NCBI GenBank assembly: GCA_951406725.2
Contig: OX597830.1
Coordinates: forward strand, 49,662,001-49,726,000
Reading direction: 5' to 3'
Source: Octopus vulgaris
Taxonomy: Eukaryota
DNA length: 64,000 bases
Shown: positions 38,350 through 51,250 of the stretch, one piece after another
How the letters are laid out: every line of letters starts with the position of its first letter
Position numbering within the stretch: position 1 is the stretch's first letter
The notes under the pieces: generated by a model
What the model was told of the DNA's origin: nothing
Seen by the model: the letters and a program-made list of their open reading frames with translations, nothing else
Databases searched by the model: none
Translations under genes and position numbers: made by a program

Positions 38350-39350
38350 ACAGGAAATAAGCTTGAGACTCATAGCTATCTAAACTCTCAGTGTACCTGT
38401 CATAAAATGGCTAAACGAATTAACAAGTGTAGGCAGGAAAAGAAGACGGATAATGAATTCAATTAAAAAGCTATCAAAATTTGATGCAGAACGGTTGTAA
38501 AAGGAAATAAGAGACTTATAAAACTGGCTACAAAACATATAAACTTGAAAATAACAGTTTTCAGTCTGCAAGAAATTCAACAATTATATAAAGGAGACTG
38601 AAATCAAGGGGTCGTGAAGAAAACGAAGCAACAGAAATGGTCTTGAAACTAAACCTCTGGTTACATAATACAATTGCAAAACATTACCAAGAAAAGCTCC
38701 AATGTGACCAACACATCGAATGCGAAAACATTGTGAAAATAAAGAAAAAAATTCAGCATGGTCTGAGAGGTGTAGCGGACTCCATAAAGGAGGCAGAAGA
38801 ATATTTCATTGTTGCATAGTATCAAAGAATTCAGCAGCTGTGACTGTTAGGATAAGAACACTGCTTCTTACTGCTCTGTCTTAGACGAAAAAGAAACATG
38901 ATTACTGGAGTATCTGAGCTGAAGTTTCCACAGATGATATAACAACATTCAGAAATAGAAACTGAAAATTAAAAGATGGTGTAAATATATTCCAGAGACA
39001 TTTTCAGAAAACAGTTGAATGGCTACAAAGTTGGGGAATACAGTCAAAGAGAATTCAAATCTATTTGACCGGATATTGTTTTCAAGGTTTAACAGTAACA
39101 AATATGGTTCCAGACCGAAATACCATTTACAAAAGACGATGCTGTATTAGCTAAGGATATGAAGAAATGCTCCAAATATACAAGAGTAAAACTAGAGAAC
39201 CAAATGGGAAATCTGGATACTGGAACAACATCCAGAATAAGGAGAGCTGCCTTAGGAATGGTTAAAAAATAGCTCCAAATAAATCAATAAACCGATATTT
39301 TAACACTTATATATTATAAATGATCTCATACACACGACTAATACTTCTTG
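38350..39350 (+). mobile_element. Highly degenerate R4/Dong-like RLE LINE
   Basis: Colinear traces of the 51886-53147 protein: FDAERL (SDIERL), EAEEYFIVA (ETEGFLIAA) and ..ALGMVKK (GALGMIKK). (GAT)/(AAT)n follows. Confidence 0.6.
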
Positions 39351-39483
39351 GTAATACCAGTGCCTTACAAACAAATAACGCAGATTAATTCCAATAAAAA
39401 AAAGGCGCAGCATGCAAAGCATACATAGCTACATTCGACAGGTCATTCAAAGTTTGCATTAACATTAAGATTACTGGAAGTTA

Positions 39484-39509
39484 ATGATGATGATGATGAT
39501 GATGATGAC

Positions 39510-39559
<50 letters not shown>

Positions 39560-39622
39560 TTAATAATAATAATAATAATAACAATAATAATAATAATAAT
39601 AACAACAATAATAATAATAATG

Positions 39623-39685
<63 letters not shown>
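39484..39685. repeat. (GAT)n/(AAT)n microsatellite
   Basis: Read directly. Confidence 0.98.
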
Positions 39686-39801
39686 TAGAGATACGACCAA
39701 TAACTTTTGGAAGAGGAAATTAATCGATAATATTGTATTCATCCTAATATATAACCATAATACTGTTTGACTAATATCACATACGTGTGCGAAACACCTT
39801 G

Positions 39802-39886
<85 letters not shown>

Positions 39887-40249
39887 AAACTAGCTAGCTA
39901 GTTAGCTGTCTATGCCTGTTTGCCTATGTCTGTGTGTCTGTCTATATCTGTGTGTCTGTCTTTGCGTGTGTGTATCTGTGTGTCTGTCTGTTTCTCTCTC
40001 TGTCTATCCATCTAACTTTCTTAACACACAGATATATATATTCACGGTGGAGTGTATAGGTTAGATTTATACCTTTGCAAGTATAGACTTACATCTCCGT
40101 ATTGTAAGAAGAATTTCCGTAGATATCATTTTCCTATTTAAAAAGCCATATGATATTGTGATAATAAATTATATTGGTTGAAAGGAATGCTGAAAAAGCA
40201 GCTTAATGGAATTCTGTACGAAATTAGGATATACACTCACATACGCACA

Positions 40250-40318
<69 letters not shown>

Positions 40319-40489
40319 ATACAGACACACGCCGATGTAGACACACGAGTTTGTATCAATTGCATCAACCAGAGTATCGGATGCTGCGAAAGACCGCTGG
40401 TGGGAGAATGCGCTTCCTCGCATTGTTGTAAATTTCAAATGATGCTACTCCGCAGGTCAACATTTCTCCTGACCGGAATACCAGCCCAG

Positions 40490-40640
40490 CGTAGGGAAAG
40501 CCATTTACGGTTGAGTGGACTGGATCAAGATGAATTTAAGTGATTTGCTCAGGAACACAACCCAGCGCCGATCTGGGAGTCAAAACCGCGAACAACCTAT
40601 CATAGGTGCAAAACTCTAAATACTCGGCAACACGCTTTCA
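40490..40640 (-). mobile_element. SINE family C-related head and core, degenerate
   Basis: GAGTGGACTGGATCAAGATGAATTTAAGTGATTTGCTCAGGAACACAAC. Confidence 0.7.
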
Positions 40641-40779
40641 CACACACACACGCGCGCGGGCACACACACACACACACCTGATCACACACACATGGACACG
40701 CACATGTGTGCATATGTATATAAATGTCTGTGTGTGTGTACATATACGTGTGTATATATATATAATATCAATAAGTATG

Positions 40780-40823
<44 letters not shown>

Positions 40824-40837
40824 TATGCATATTTGGG

Positions 40838-40990
40838 CACAGGACGTCACCAACTGTGTATACAACATGAAGTACGAAAACAAACGCGATAAATATGCAA
40901 AGAACGAGAGAAAAAATGGAAAACGGGACAGGTAACACTAAGGATGCCCCTTCATCAGTCGGCCGTTTATCTACTACTCGTCATTTCTAC
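40838..40990 (-). mobile_element. Short PLE-type terminal-repeat element containing CTGATGAAGGG
   Basis: The minus strand reads GAAATGACGAGTAGTAGATAAACGGCCGA-CTGATGA-AGGGG, then a T-rich tail, next to a (TA)n tract. Confidence 0.45.
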
Positions 40991-40994
40991 TACT

Positions 40995-41457
40995 CCTCAA
41001 TTCATGAACTGAGCTTCAAGGACCGTCGCTGAACAATTGACAAACTTGTCGATATGATTGGTGTGTCATGGAGCGCCTTCCAACAAATTTTGAGCGAAAA
41101 ATTGTGAATGAAAAGAGTTGTAGCAAAATTTGTGCGCCTCTGCTCGCGGAAGATCAAAAGTAGTTACGAGTTGATACGTATTGTGGATTGAAAGAAGAGC
41201 TAGAAATTGATCTGGCCCTTTTTTTTTTTTCGATGGTCATCACTGGTGACGAAAGCTGGTGATACGGAATTTGCAGATGTTCAAGAGGTGAAGAGAACAA
41301 AAAGCGTCGGTGGCGTCAAAGATATCACTTCGTGGAAAACGCGTCTGGACGGATGCATTGCTTCAAATGTAGCATAGTTTGAAGGCAATAGAATTGTAAA
41401 CATGTAAAACCTAAGGGAATAAAATAATATTGCAAAATTCCTGTTTCTTTTCGCTTA

Positions 41458-41458
<1 letters not shown>
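40995..41458 (+). mobile_element. Internally deleted mariner transposase relic
   Basis: DRR*TIDKLVDMIGVSWSAFQQILSEKL*MKRVVAKFV, VITGDESW and a C-terminal ..FEGN. Confidence 0.85.
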
Positions 41459-41500
<42 letters not shown>

Positions 41501-41630
41501 GAGAGAGAGAGAATTCATAGATGAGAGTTCCAGATATTCTCTGTCGAGAATACACTTGGTAGTGCTCAATAGATTTAAACTTGAGCAAGTATGGAAGTAA
41601 ATGTAAGGATAAGCAAGTTAGACAGGTCAA

Positions 41631-42007
41631 TATATAAAGTATATTATATACATGAAATACAAAAAAAAATGTCTATATGTATATATATATAAATGTCCGA
41701 CTCATGCAGGCAGAATACAAATGATATAGAGAATTAAAGAGGTGAAGGAAATGAATTATAAATCCAACAGCTGTTTCAGAGGGCTCGCGGGTCCGTAATA
41801 ATGCTTGTAGATTGATTTCATCATAGGACGAGACGAGCTTACGTCTTCGTGGAAGAGATCTTGCATTTTAGATGTTAAAGGAGAGAAGTTCAAAGAAGTT
41901 CATCCCTTGAATTCTCTAAATCGTTTGTAATATGTGTAAAGTGGACCTCTGTATATGTATACATATGGACATTTATTGTATTTCGTGCATTTTATATACT
42001 TTATATA
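41631..42007. mobile_element. Diverged inverted repeat (about 41631-41746 / 41899-42007) enclosing a degenerate hammerhead-like motif
   Basis: Arms are complementary by eye. The minus strand at 41828-41763 reads TCC-T-ATGATGA...GAAACAGCTGTT-GGA. Confidence 0.65.
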
Positions 42008-42010
42008 TAC

Positions 42011-42207
42011 TTTTTAATCTAGGCACAAAGGCCAAATTTTTTAGGGAGGGAGCCAGTCGATTACATCGACCTCAGCACACAACTGGTGCTTAATTTATCG
42101 ACCCCAAAAAGATGAAAGTCAAAGTCAACCTCGGTAGAAAGAATTTGAACTCGGAACGTAAAGACAAACGAAATACTCGCGTCCTAACGTTTCTTCCAAT
42201 TCGCCGC
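42011..42207 (-). mobile_element. SINE family B
   Basis: AGGCACAAAGG..GTCGATTACATCGACC..AAAGTCAACCTCGG..TTTGAACTCGGAACGTA. Confidence 0.85.
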
Positions 42208-42260
42208 TATACATATACTTTATATATTAATTTGTCTAATCTAAGTATCCCTAGATTTAT

Positions 42261-42291
<31 letters not shown>

Positions 42292-42417
42292 CATACATAC
42301 ACACACACATACATACATACATACATACATACATACACACATACATACATACATACATACATACATACATACATACATACATACATACATACATACATAC
42401 AGGCTGGCTGATACAGG

Positions 42418-42516
<99 letters not shown>

Positions 42517-42831
42517 TACCTTTCAAAGCTTTTCCGGTAAATTACAAAATTGCATGCTGCTCATTGCTGAACTATACAATTTGATTTTCTGCAATGAAAC
42601 ACCAGCCTATATTCTACAGCTGACTTTTCTCATAGTCATTGCGCTAAGCATTATCAGCTAACAATGTGTATATTCCTGCTTACCAGTAAAGTCTTATCGA
42701 CCTGTTAATAAGCCATGTTTATACACGAATTTAGTGCAACAAATTCTTCCTAATATCGTCTAATACACACATAGAAATATTTATAGATACGGGACATATA
42801 GGATCTTAGAACCGTATGTATCCGTATACAC

Positions 42832-42875
<44 letters not shown>

Positions 42876-42896
42876 TTGCTTGCTTGTATGTATGTT

Positions 42897-42949
<53 letters not shown>

Positions 42950-43075
42950 CACTTATTAATATAGCTCATTTGGAGCACTACAATTCCAGTCTGTTTTATA
43001 TTTTTAGTATTGTTATTACTAGCGATCTCAAGATATAACTTTGTATTTTGTATTTTATATATACACACATACACT

Positions 43076-43110
<35 letters not shown>

Positions 43111-43520
43111 GCACGCACACACACACATATGTTCGGTATGCATGTATGTATGTATGTGTGTAGGTGTATTGCCGTCTCTGTAAACTGTCGTAGTGGCAGA
43201 TTTATACAAGATTTATGCAAGACTCACCGCCAGCCCGTACATATCTTGGCATTTGTCGTAAAAGATTATTTGCGCGCGCGTGTGTGCATGTGTGTGTGTG
43301 TGTATGTGTGTGTGTGTTTGTTTGTGTGTGTGTGAGTCTTATAATTTATGGAATACAAATATTTCCATCTTTAGCGGGGTCCTTGTCATGTCTGTTTTCC
43401 CTGATGCATAATGCAAATCACATGTAATCTCCGTAGTATTCTTGTAATACAATAATACTACTCATGCACACACGCACATACATGTACACCCTGCTACACA
43501 CAAACACACATAGATAAACA

Positions 43521-43573
<53 letters not shown>

Positions 43574-43635
43574 GGAGATGCTGTCAGAAGGCCGGCTAAC
43601 CAGCTAGCTAGCCTGTTAGGTAAACATATAGGCAA

Positions 43636-43702
<67 letters not shown>

Positions 43703-43739
43703 CATACATACATACATACATACATAGATACATAGATAA

Positions 43740-43818
<79 letters not shown>

Positions 43819-43862
43819 CATACATACATACATCTGTCTGTCTATCTGTCTATCTATTTCTC

Positions 43863-43910
<48 letters not shown>

Positions 43911-43919
43911 AATCAATCA

Positions 43920-43973
<54 letters not shown>

Positions 43974-43978
43974 TTATC

Positions 43979-44031
<53 letters not shown>

Positions 44032-44040
44032 TGATAGATT

Positions 44041-44108
<68 letters not shown>

Positions 44109-44157
44109 GAGAAATAGATAGACAGATAGACAGACAGATATATATATGTATATAGAT

Positions 44158-44222
<65 letters not shown>

Positions 44223-44318
44223 CAGATACATACACACACATACATACATACATACATACACACACACATACATACATACATACATACATACATACATACA
44301 TACATACATACATACATA
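43636..44318. repeat. (ATAG)n/(ATAC)n tetranucleotide array with two strand switches
   Basis: (ATAG)n to about 43818, (CTAT)n at about 43833-43979, then (ATAG)n again. Confidence 0.95.
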
Positions 44319-44733
44319 AGCATCCGTTTTGCTACCTGAACATTATACATGACCTGGCATATGAAACTGAGTAATGCAATTGTGTTACTTATTCATTTGC
44401 TCTAATTAATACACATGTGTGTGTGTTCATGTGCTTGTGTCGATGCGTGTGTGCACGTGTGAGTACATGTGTGCATGATGCGCAAAGAGAATACACTGAA
44501 ATTTTTACTATTAGGCTATGATGAATTTTTTAGAATTTAATCAATAGAAAATGTTAGCTTTAGGTACAAAATTCACACGAATCTGGTAGGAATATCTTCT
44601 GTCTTGGTTATTTTATAATGCAGCTTGCATCTCCTCCAATTACTGTAAATATTCCTTATACAGACATGACAAGATTTGATACTTCTCTTGCTACCAGAGC
44701 GCAAATTGTGATCTAACATGAAACTACTTTAGA

Positions 44734-45360
44734 GTTAGTTAGTTAGTTAGTTAGTTAGTCAGTTAATTTGGCTCAAAAGCAAATAGCAAGGCCATGTAGG
44801 GGGACATGGAGTTAAGTACAGGGTGGTGTTCATGTAAAGAGTTCAGGCCACTTGAGGTCCAGGGAGGCTTTGAACAAAGCGGTCGTCGGCATCTTCACCA
44901 TCTCGTCTGGCAGCTTGTTCCACGGATCCGCAACCCGGACGGAGAAAGCTCCTCTCCTTCGATTGAGATGAAATCGTCGCAGGTAGAGCTTTTCGGAATG
45001 ACCCCGCAGCCGACGCTCCGGAGCAGGAGTGAAGAACAGCTCTTTCGAGAGGTTACACTTCCCGCTTATGATGTTGTGGGCGAGAATGAGATCACCACGG
45101 CGGCGGCGTTTTTCAAGAGAATAAAGGTCGAGCGTCCTCAGCCTTTCTTCGTAGGACAAATTTTTGAGACCATGAACCATGCGGGTAGCCAGCCTCTGGA
45201 CTCTTCCGAGATGCTGTATGTCTTTGAGGAGATAAGGAGAAGAGGCTTGAATCCCATACTCCAATATGGGTCTCACCAGCGTGACATAGAGTGGTAGGAA
45301 TATGGCTGCTGTGAGCATTCCGAATGACCGTCGAATCAAAAACAGAATTCCGCGCGCTTG
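44734..45360 (-). mobile_element. 5'-truncated CR1-clade LINE with uninterrupted ORF2 C-terminus and (TAAC)n tail
   Basis: LYVTLVRPILEY...RVQRLATRMVHGLKNLSYEERLRTLDLYSLEKRRRRGDLI...LRGH...FSVRVADPWNKLP. Stop at 44830-44832, short 3' UTR with a CCATGT/ACATGG stem, (GTTA)n at 44734-44765. Confidence 0.95.
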
Positions 45361-45499
45361 AGAGGTTGTGTTCAGAGATGAATATTCGCTTGAATTATAT
45401 AGCGGTTCTTTAGACACCAAGACGGTGTCTCTAGAGGAATAGACCAAGGCATTTGCAGAGAACTAAAGAAAATTTCGTATGTGTGTTGTATCGTCATAC

Positions 45500-46300
45500 T
45501 TATATACACACACATAGATTAAAGTAAAAGAAATATCTAATTTAGACTAAATAATATAAACATACACAGTCTCTTACAGCTGTTTCTAGAATAGCCAGAC
45601 ATATGCAGCATCATATTGAGAAAGGATTCTATCTGAGTAAGAGAGATGTAAAATGAGAGTATATCACCAATCGATGATAGTATATTCCAATTTGTGAAAT
45701 TAGGGGAAAATCAGAGTAAAATAGGTATGAGTTATGTAGTATTCCGATCGGATAAATAATAGAGTTATAGGTCGAATCCATTTGCAGTTTGAAATGAGAA
45801 TGCTCAATGATGATCCATGGCAAGGAACAATGGAAGCTCTGGGAACGTGAGATTACTAATATCTACATCAAAACACGAATCCTAAAATAGACGCAGGCAC
45901 TCCTATAGATCAGCATAAAAGGTTAAGGAAAGAAAGAGAATGTGAAGTGAGAGAGAAAGAGAGTATGGAGAAAAGAGAAGAATAAAGTGAAGAAGCGGTA
46001 CGGGGATTTAGGTGAGCGGCAAGGTAAATAGAAAGGAGATATGAGGTTGTGAGTACTCAAGCTCATACAGGTAGTGTTACGGCTGACAGGCGAAGGACTT
46101 TTAAGTGATTACTGTGTTTTGATGGATCTGATAAACACGATGTCACATGTTGAGTTGATGACACCAAAGTGTTCCAGATTCTCAGAATCTTGATGATGTC
46201 AAATTTACGGCTGGATCTAGATGCAATAAAGGCAAAAATACGGTAAATCCCCTATGGTCGGCCACTAGGTGAGGAAAACCTTGTGGAGATCGTAATCGCA
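45500..46300 (-). mobile_element. Probable old PLE 3' relic
   Basis: Minus-strand GAAACAGCTGTAAGAGA at about 45586-45570 is the 3' half of a hammerhead with palindromic ACAGCTGT. Same layout as 5150-6090. Confidence 0.4.
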
Positions 46301-46527
46301 GAGTTAGAATCAATGGGGTGAGTATGAATGATGGAACTTCATTTCATACTAACATACCAGCAGTGAACTCCGTACGAGACGAAAGGCAAGGTGAATTCTG
46401 AGATGATACTAAGCCAAAGAACAAGAACTTATGTTAATCTTGTGGAAGACATTTGTCTGCAGGACGTTTATCTCAGCTATGGCCGCCACCTGCCGAAACA
46501 CACAGCAACTAACACTGTGACACCAAC

Positions 46528-47495
46528 TACGAGGTTCAGCTGAAAAGTTCGTATGCCGACCAAGATGCTCTCCAAGAGTCTGGACAAACGAAGTTACTTT
46601 TTAACATAATACACCATTTGGTCCACACACTTCTTCCATCGGTGTTGCAATGCTTGGATCCCATTCGTGAATAAGCTATCATCCTGTTGGTAAAAATTCC
46701 TGATGAAAACAAAACCCGTTTTGTGTATTTCTCTAGGCATTTTTTCCTGAGAAACTTTCGTAACTGCCTCAGTAAGTTGACATAGTATACACCATTGAAT
46801 GTGTAGCCGTTTTGCATTCCAAACCTGAGACTATCAACTTTCCTGTAGATGAAACGAACTTGACCTTTGGAGCAGGTAAGGAAGATTGTTTCCACTGCAT
46901 GTATTATTTATTTGTCTCTGGTTTAGAGTGACGAACCCAACACTCATCCTGAGTTAGGAAACTTTGAATCTGCCTCACACAATTTCACATTTTCTCGTGA
47001 TGTAATCGGCCTCGTTCGCTTCTGATCTGATGTCAGAAAATGTGGCAACCACCGACCAGAAGCCTTCGTCATGTCAAGTTCATGCTGCAGAATATTTTAA
47101 ACGGCCTCACAAACTATGCTATTTGATTTATAGTCAATCGCCTATCATCCATCACCATGTGTTGAACACGATCCATGTTTTCCTCGGTGGTGGGAGTTGC
47201 AGGACGTCCAGATGTGGGGTGATCTTCAAGACTCCCTTGTCCACCTAAATTCAGCTGTCCTTGGGGGCTAAATCTTTTTTCTGCATATACTTGGTAACAT
47301 CACGATGCCAACTTTTGTCGTTTTCCAAAAGAAGTCACTCCTAGTTACATCTGAATTCTTTCTTGAACATTCAGATGTAATTTTATTTGGAAATGTACGA
47401 TGCACTTATTAAAAAGAAGGGCTGATATTAATGCCTGCAAGATTTCCCAGCTCTAGAATCATTCCTTCATAGTCCGCCTATGAAGTTTTCAGCAT
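46528..47495 (-). mobile_element. Internally deleted mariner element
   Basis: Imperfect TIRs GCTGAAAAGTTCGTATGCCGAC / GTCCGCCTATGAAGTTTTCAGC. Transposase traces include TFNGVYYVNLLRQLRK. Confidence 0.8.
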
Positions 47496-48008
47496 ATTAG
47501 ATTGCTTCAATCTAAAAGAGCCAACGAGAGAGTCTAAAAGGAGTTAATAGTTTTCTATTTCCTGAGGGAAGACGAGAATGATATGAAATGACGCACACAC
47601 AAACACATACATACAACACGAACAGAGAGAAAAGGAGGAGGAGGGAGAGAGGGAGAGATAGCGATAGAGAGAGATAGGGAAGAGGAAGAGAGAGACAGAG
47701 AAAGATAGAAAAAGAGATGAAGGACGAAAAGGATGGGGGGCGAAGGATATAAAGGAGAGAGACAGGGATAGAGAGAAAACAGTCGAATAAGTAATGACCG
47801 ACTTTCTCAGAAACGATCTTGTCATCAATGAAATGATAGACTCTTTAGAGTTTTGCATGGGTTCTTTCTTTTTGCACACACACACACGCTCGCTCGCACA
47901 CACACACACACACGCTTGCGCACATACACGCCCGAGCGCGTATGTTCGTAACCGTTTTTCCTTTTGTCATCTCATTTTTCATATATATGAATACATATAC
48001 ATACATAC

Positions 48009-48042
<34 letters not shown>

Positions 48043-48104
48043 GTGTATGTATTTCGCTTAGGCATATATATATGTGTAATAATAATATATATAATATATA
48101 TATA

Positions 48105-48152
<48 letters not shown>

Positions 48153-48163
48153 TTCGCTTAGGC

Positions 48164-48232
<69 letters not shown>

Positions 48233-48321
48233 CACACACAGAGGCAGACAGACAGGCATTCAGACAGACAGACGTAGTAATGAGAGAAATATGCAGATAT
48301 TAAAATGATAGATAGACAGAC

Positions 48322-48383
<62 letters not shown>

Positions 48384-48734
48384 CATTTGTTTACGCTTTC
48401 TGATTTTCCTCTGATATACACAGGTAGAACACAATGTATTGTGTGTGATTCTTCAATAATTTAGAATTTAATTAATTTTTCCGCAACTTTATGCCGTTCA
48501 GGTATGAGAATGAATAAGTGCAATCGAATGCATCTGTTTAAGTATTTATCGATTTTTGTACGCAGTTACCTAGCAACCACCCATAACTATTGTCATCAAT
48601 GATTAAAGCATTTTTGCCATCCAGTCAAAAATTCCACCATGTAAATTAAGACAGGTTTCGTTGAAATATTTTTTCTTCGTCTTACATTTAATATTATATC
48701 CGGAACTGCATGGGAATATCCGTATAAAAGTTTC

Positions 48735-48874
48735 CCTCTTCTTTTTCCACCTCCTCTTCTCTCTCCACCTCCTCCTTTTCTCCTCCACCACCCCTTGCCA
48801 TCCTTCTTCTTCTTCTTCTCCTCCTCCTCTTCCTTCTTCTTCTTCTCCTCCTTCTTCTTCTTCTTCTTCTTATT

Positions 48875-48936
<62 letters not shown>

Positions 48937-49445
48937 TCTTCTTCTTCTTCTTCTTCTTCTTCTCTTCTTTCCCTTTATTCTTCTTTTTCTTCATCTTTTC
49001 CTCCCCTCCTTGCCTTAGTCTGCCTCCTCCTCCTCCTCCTTCTTTCCTTCTTTTTATGTTCATCCTCCCTCCTCTTCTCCCTCTCTCCTTCATCCCTTCC
49101 TCTTCATCTCCTCCCTTTCATCTCCTCCACCTCATCTCCTCCCCTTCATCTCCCCCACTTCATCTCCTCTATATCATCCCCTCCTCTGCATCCCTTCCTC
49201 TTCACCCACTCCACTTCATCATCTTCTACATCGTCCGTTTCTCTTCATCCCTTCCTCTTAAAATCCGTCCACTTCACCCCTCCTCTTCTTTCTTTTGTCG
49301 TCCTCCTTCTTCCCTCCTCGTCCTCCTCCTCCATTTTTATGCTTTACCTTTTACCTCTTGGTTTCCTTGTCTTCTTGTCCTTATTGATTTTCCTTTTTCT
49401 ACGGCTTCTTTTCCTCTTTTTTTCTCCTTCCTTTTTTCTTCTACC
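48735..49445. repeat. Polypyrimidine low-complexity tract with (CTT)(CTA)(CTG)(CTT) microsatellites
   Basis: Read directly. The 278-aa and 238-aa ORFs are by-products. Confidence 0.9.
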
Positions 49446-49631
49446 TTCACAATGCTCCTCTTTATCTTTCAAACTTCTATCACAAAGGGAATCATGATTT
49501 GGAGCTGGTAATATTCATTATTCTAACCACCACCTCCACATATATAGTGTTCTGCTTAACTGACAATTCAACATTATCATCGTCCTTATTATTATTATTG
49601 TCATTATTATTTTTATCATTATTAAAATATG

Positions 49632-49772
49632 TGGTGAGCTGGCAGAAGCGTTAGCTCGCCGGGTGAACGTCTGCTGCAACGTTATGAGTTCGAATTCTGC
49701 CGAGGTCGATGTAATCGACTTAATTCTTTCCCTCAAATTTGAAGCCTTGTACTTGCAGTAGAAAGGATTATT
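49632..49772 (+). mobile_element. SINE family B with internal deletions
   Basis: GGTGAGCTGGCAGAAGCGTTAGC..GAGTTCGAATTCTGCCGAGGTCGATGTAATCGAC, collapsed between the two GGTCGA repeats. Confidence 0.85.
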
Positions 49773-49789
49773 ATTATTTCTTTTATTGG

Positions 49790-51176
49790 CCAGAAGGTTC
49801 TAAGACATTGAGCACAATATCGAAGGGCGAGTTTCAGGTCGTTTCGGGTTAATAACCTCTGATCTTGAGCAACTAAGATAAAGCCTTCAGTCTCTGCTTT
49901 TAGCCTCGAGCTCCGTAGCTATTGATGGGTGTGCTTCTGGCCTATATCAGCTGGCTTACTACGGGCCACATATTTGCCATGCAGAGGTTTTTCTTCCCAC
50001 CTTTGCCATTGATTTCACCTTCTTTGCAACAGCAGTTGTCGCATTTCCATCGCATTCTTCAACCTCATTAGCAAGGAACTCATTAACAATTCTTTTGCTC
50101 TCTATCATAACAGAAAGAAGCTTCTTACGTCTCTCATGGTTTTCAACATGTTTTAACATTCAATCGTTAGATATTTCAATATATTTGGTCATTCCAATTG
50201 TGGTGGTTTTGTAAGAAATTTCAAATTGGATCAATCCTCGATCGACCTCCTTGGGCTCTGAGAAGGTAACGACAATCTGCGTCTGCCTTTGGGTGGTGCA
50301 TCTTATGACAAGTCAGCAGCTCATGGATTTTCCTGTTAGACTTCCTTATTTTGCTGATATTCAAGTTCAACACATTAAAACTGTAAATAATAACTGGACC
50401 CGCTAAAGAATTTATGACACCTTGTTATGTGCATTTAACTCAGATTTTAGGACTGCTGGAACTCTCCTGTAACATTCTTTCCTCATCTTCCCTTTCCTGA
50501 TTGGATGCTAAATGCCAGAGACCTATTTTATTCAGAGATACTTGTAAGTTTATTCTTGCTCAAGTTTTTTTATAACTGTGTCAACATCTAACACCACTGA
50601 ATGAGAGGTCTTTAATTTCCCTTTCTGGAAAATCGCTTTGGCACATTTATCAAGAGCAAATCCCACCTCGATGCCATCACTGAATACTTTCACAGCACGT
50701 AATAGTCCTTCAAGCTTATTATCGCCTTTGCCGTAGGTTTTTTGATCATCCATGTAAAATAGATGGCTTATTTTCTTGTCGTCAATTTTACAACCCTATC
50801 CTGTTCTGTTAAGTTCACTTGTAAGGGGTATTAGGGCTATGCAAAAAATTCATGGTGAAATTGAGTCATCTTGGAAAATGCCGCAGTTGATATTAATATT
50901 GCTTGTAGTAAGTACTCCATTAGAATAATATAATTCGATATTCGTATTCCACACTAACATGTGCTTCAGGAAGTTTGAATTCACAGGAGGAATTTTGAAG
51001 ATATCCAGTGATTTCAAGATATCTGAATGCGGTATGCTGCCAAAGAACTTTTTATAGTCAATCCATTGGGAACTGAGATTTCTGTTGATCTTTGTATCCA
51101 TATGAGCAGGGTCAACACCGTTTTTGTTCAGAGGGGAGAATATCGTTCTGCTCCATAAAGGCGTATGTTTTCTCCA
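49790..51176 (-). mobile_element. R4/Dong-like LINE RT region, degenerate
   Basis: WIDYKKFFGSIPH, GIFQDDSISP, SHLFYMDD, FALDKCAK, HHPKAD and LKAETEGFILVAQDQ. The 5' break abuts (ATT)n. Confidence 0.9.
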
Positions 51177-51185
51177 TTATTATTA

Positions 51186-51250
<65 letters not shown>

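Noticed and set aside
44806-45297. 163-aa + strand ORF
   Set aside because: It is the antisense shadow of the CR1 ORF2.
48030-48185. Direct repeat GTATTTCGCTTAGGCATATATA
   Set aside because: A simple slippage duplication inside a compound microsatellite.
48661-49511. 278-aa and 238-aa hydrophobic low-complexity ORFs
   Set aside because: A pyrimidine-only tract lacks stop codons by composition, and there are no domain features.
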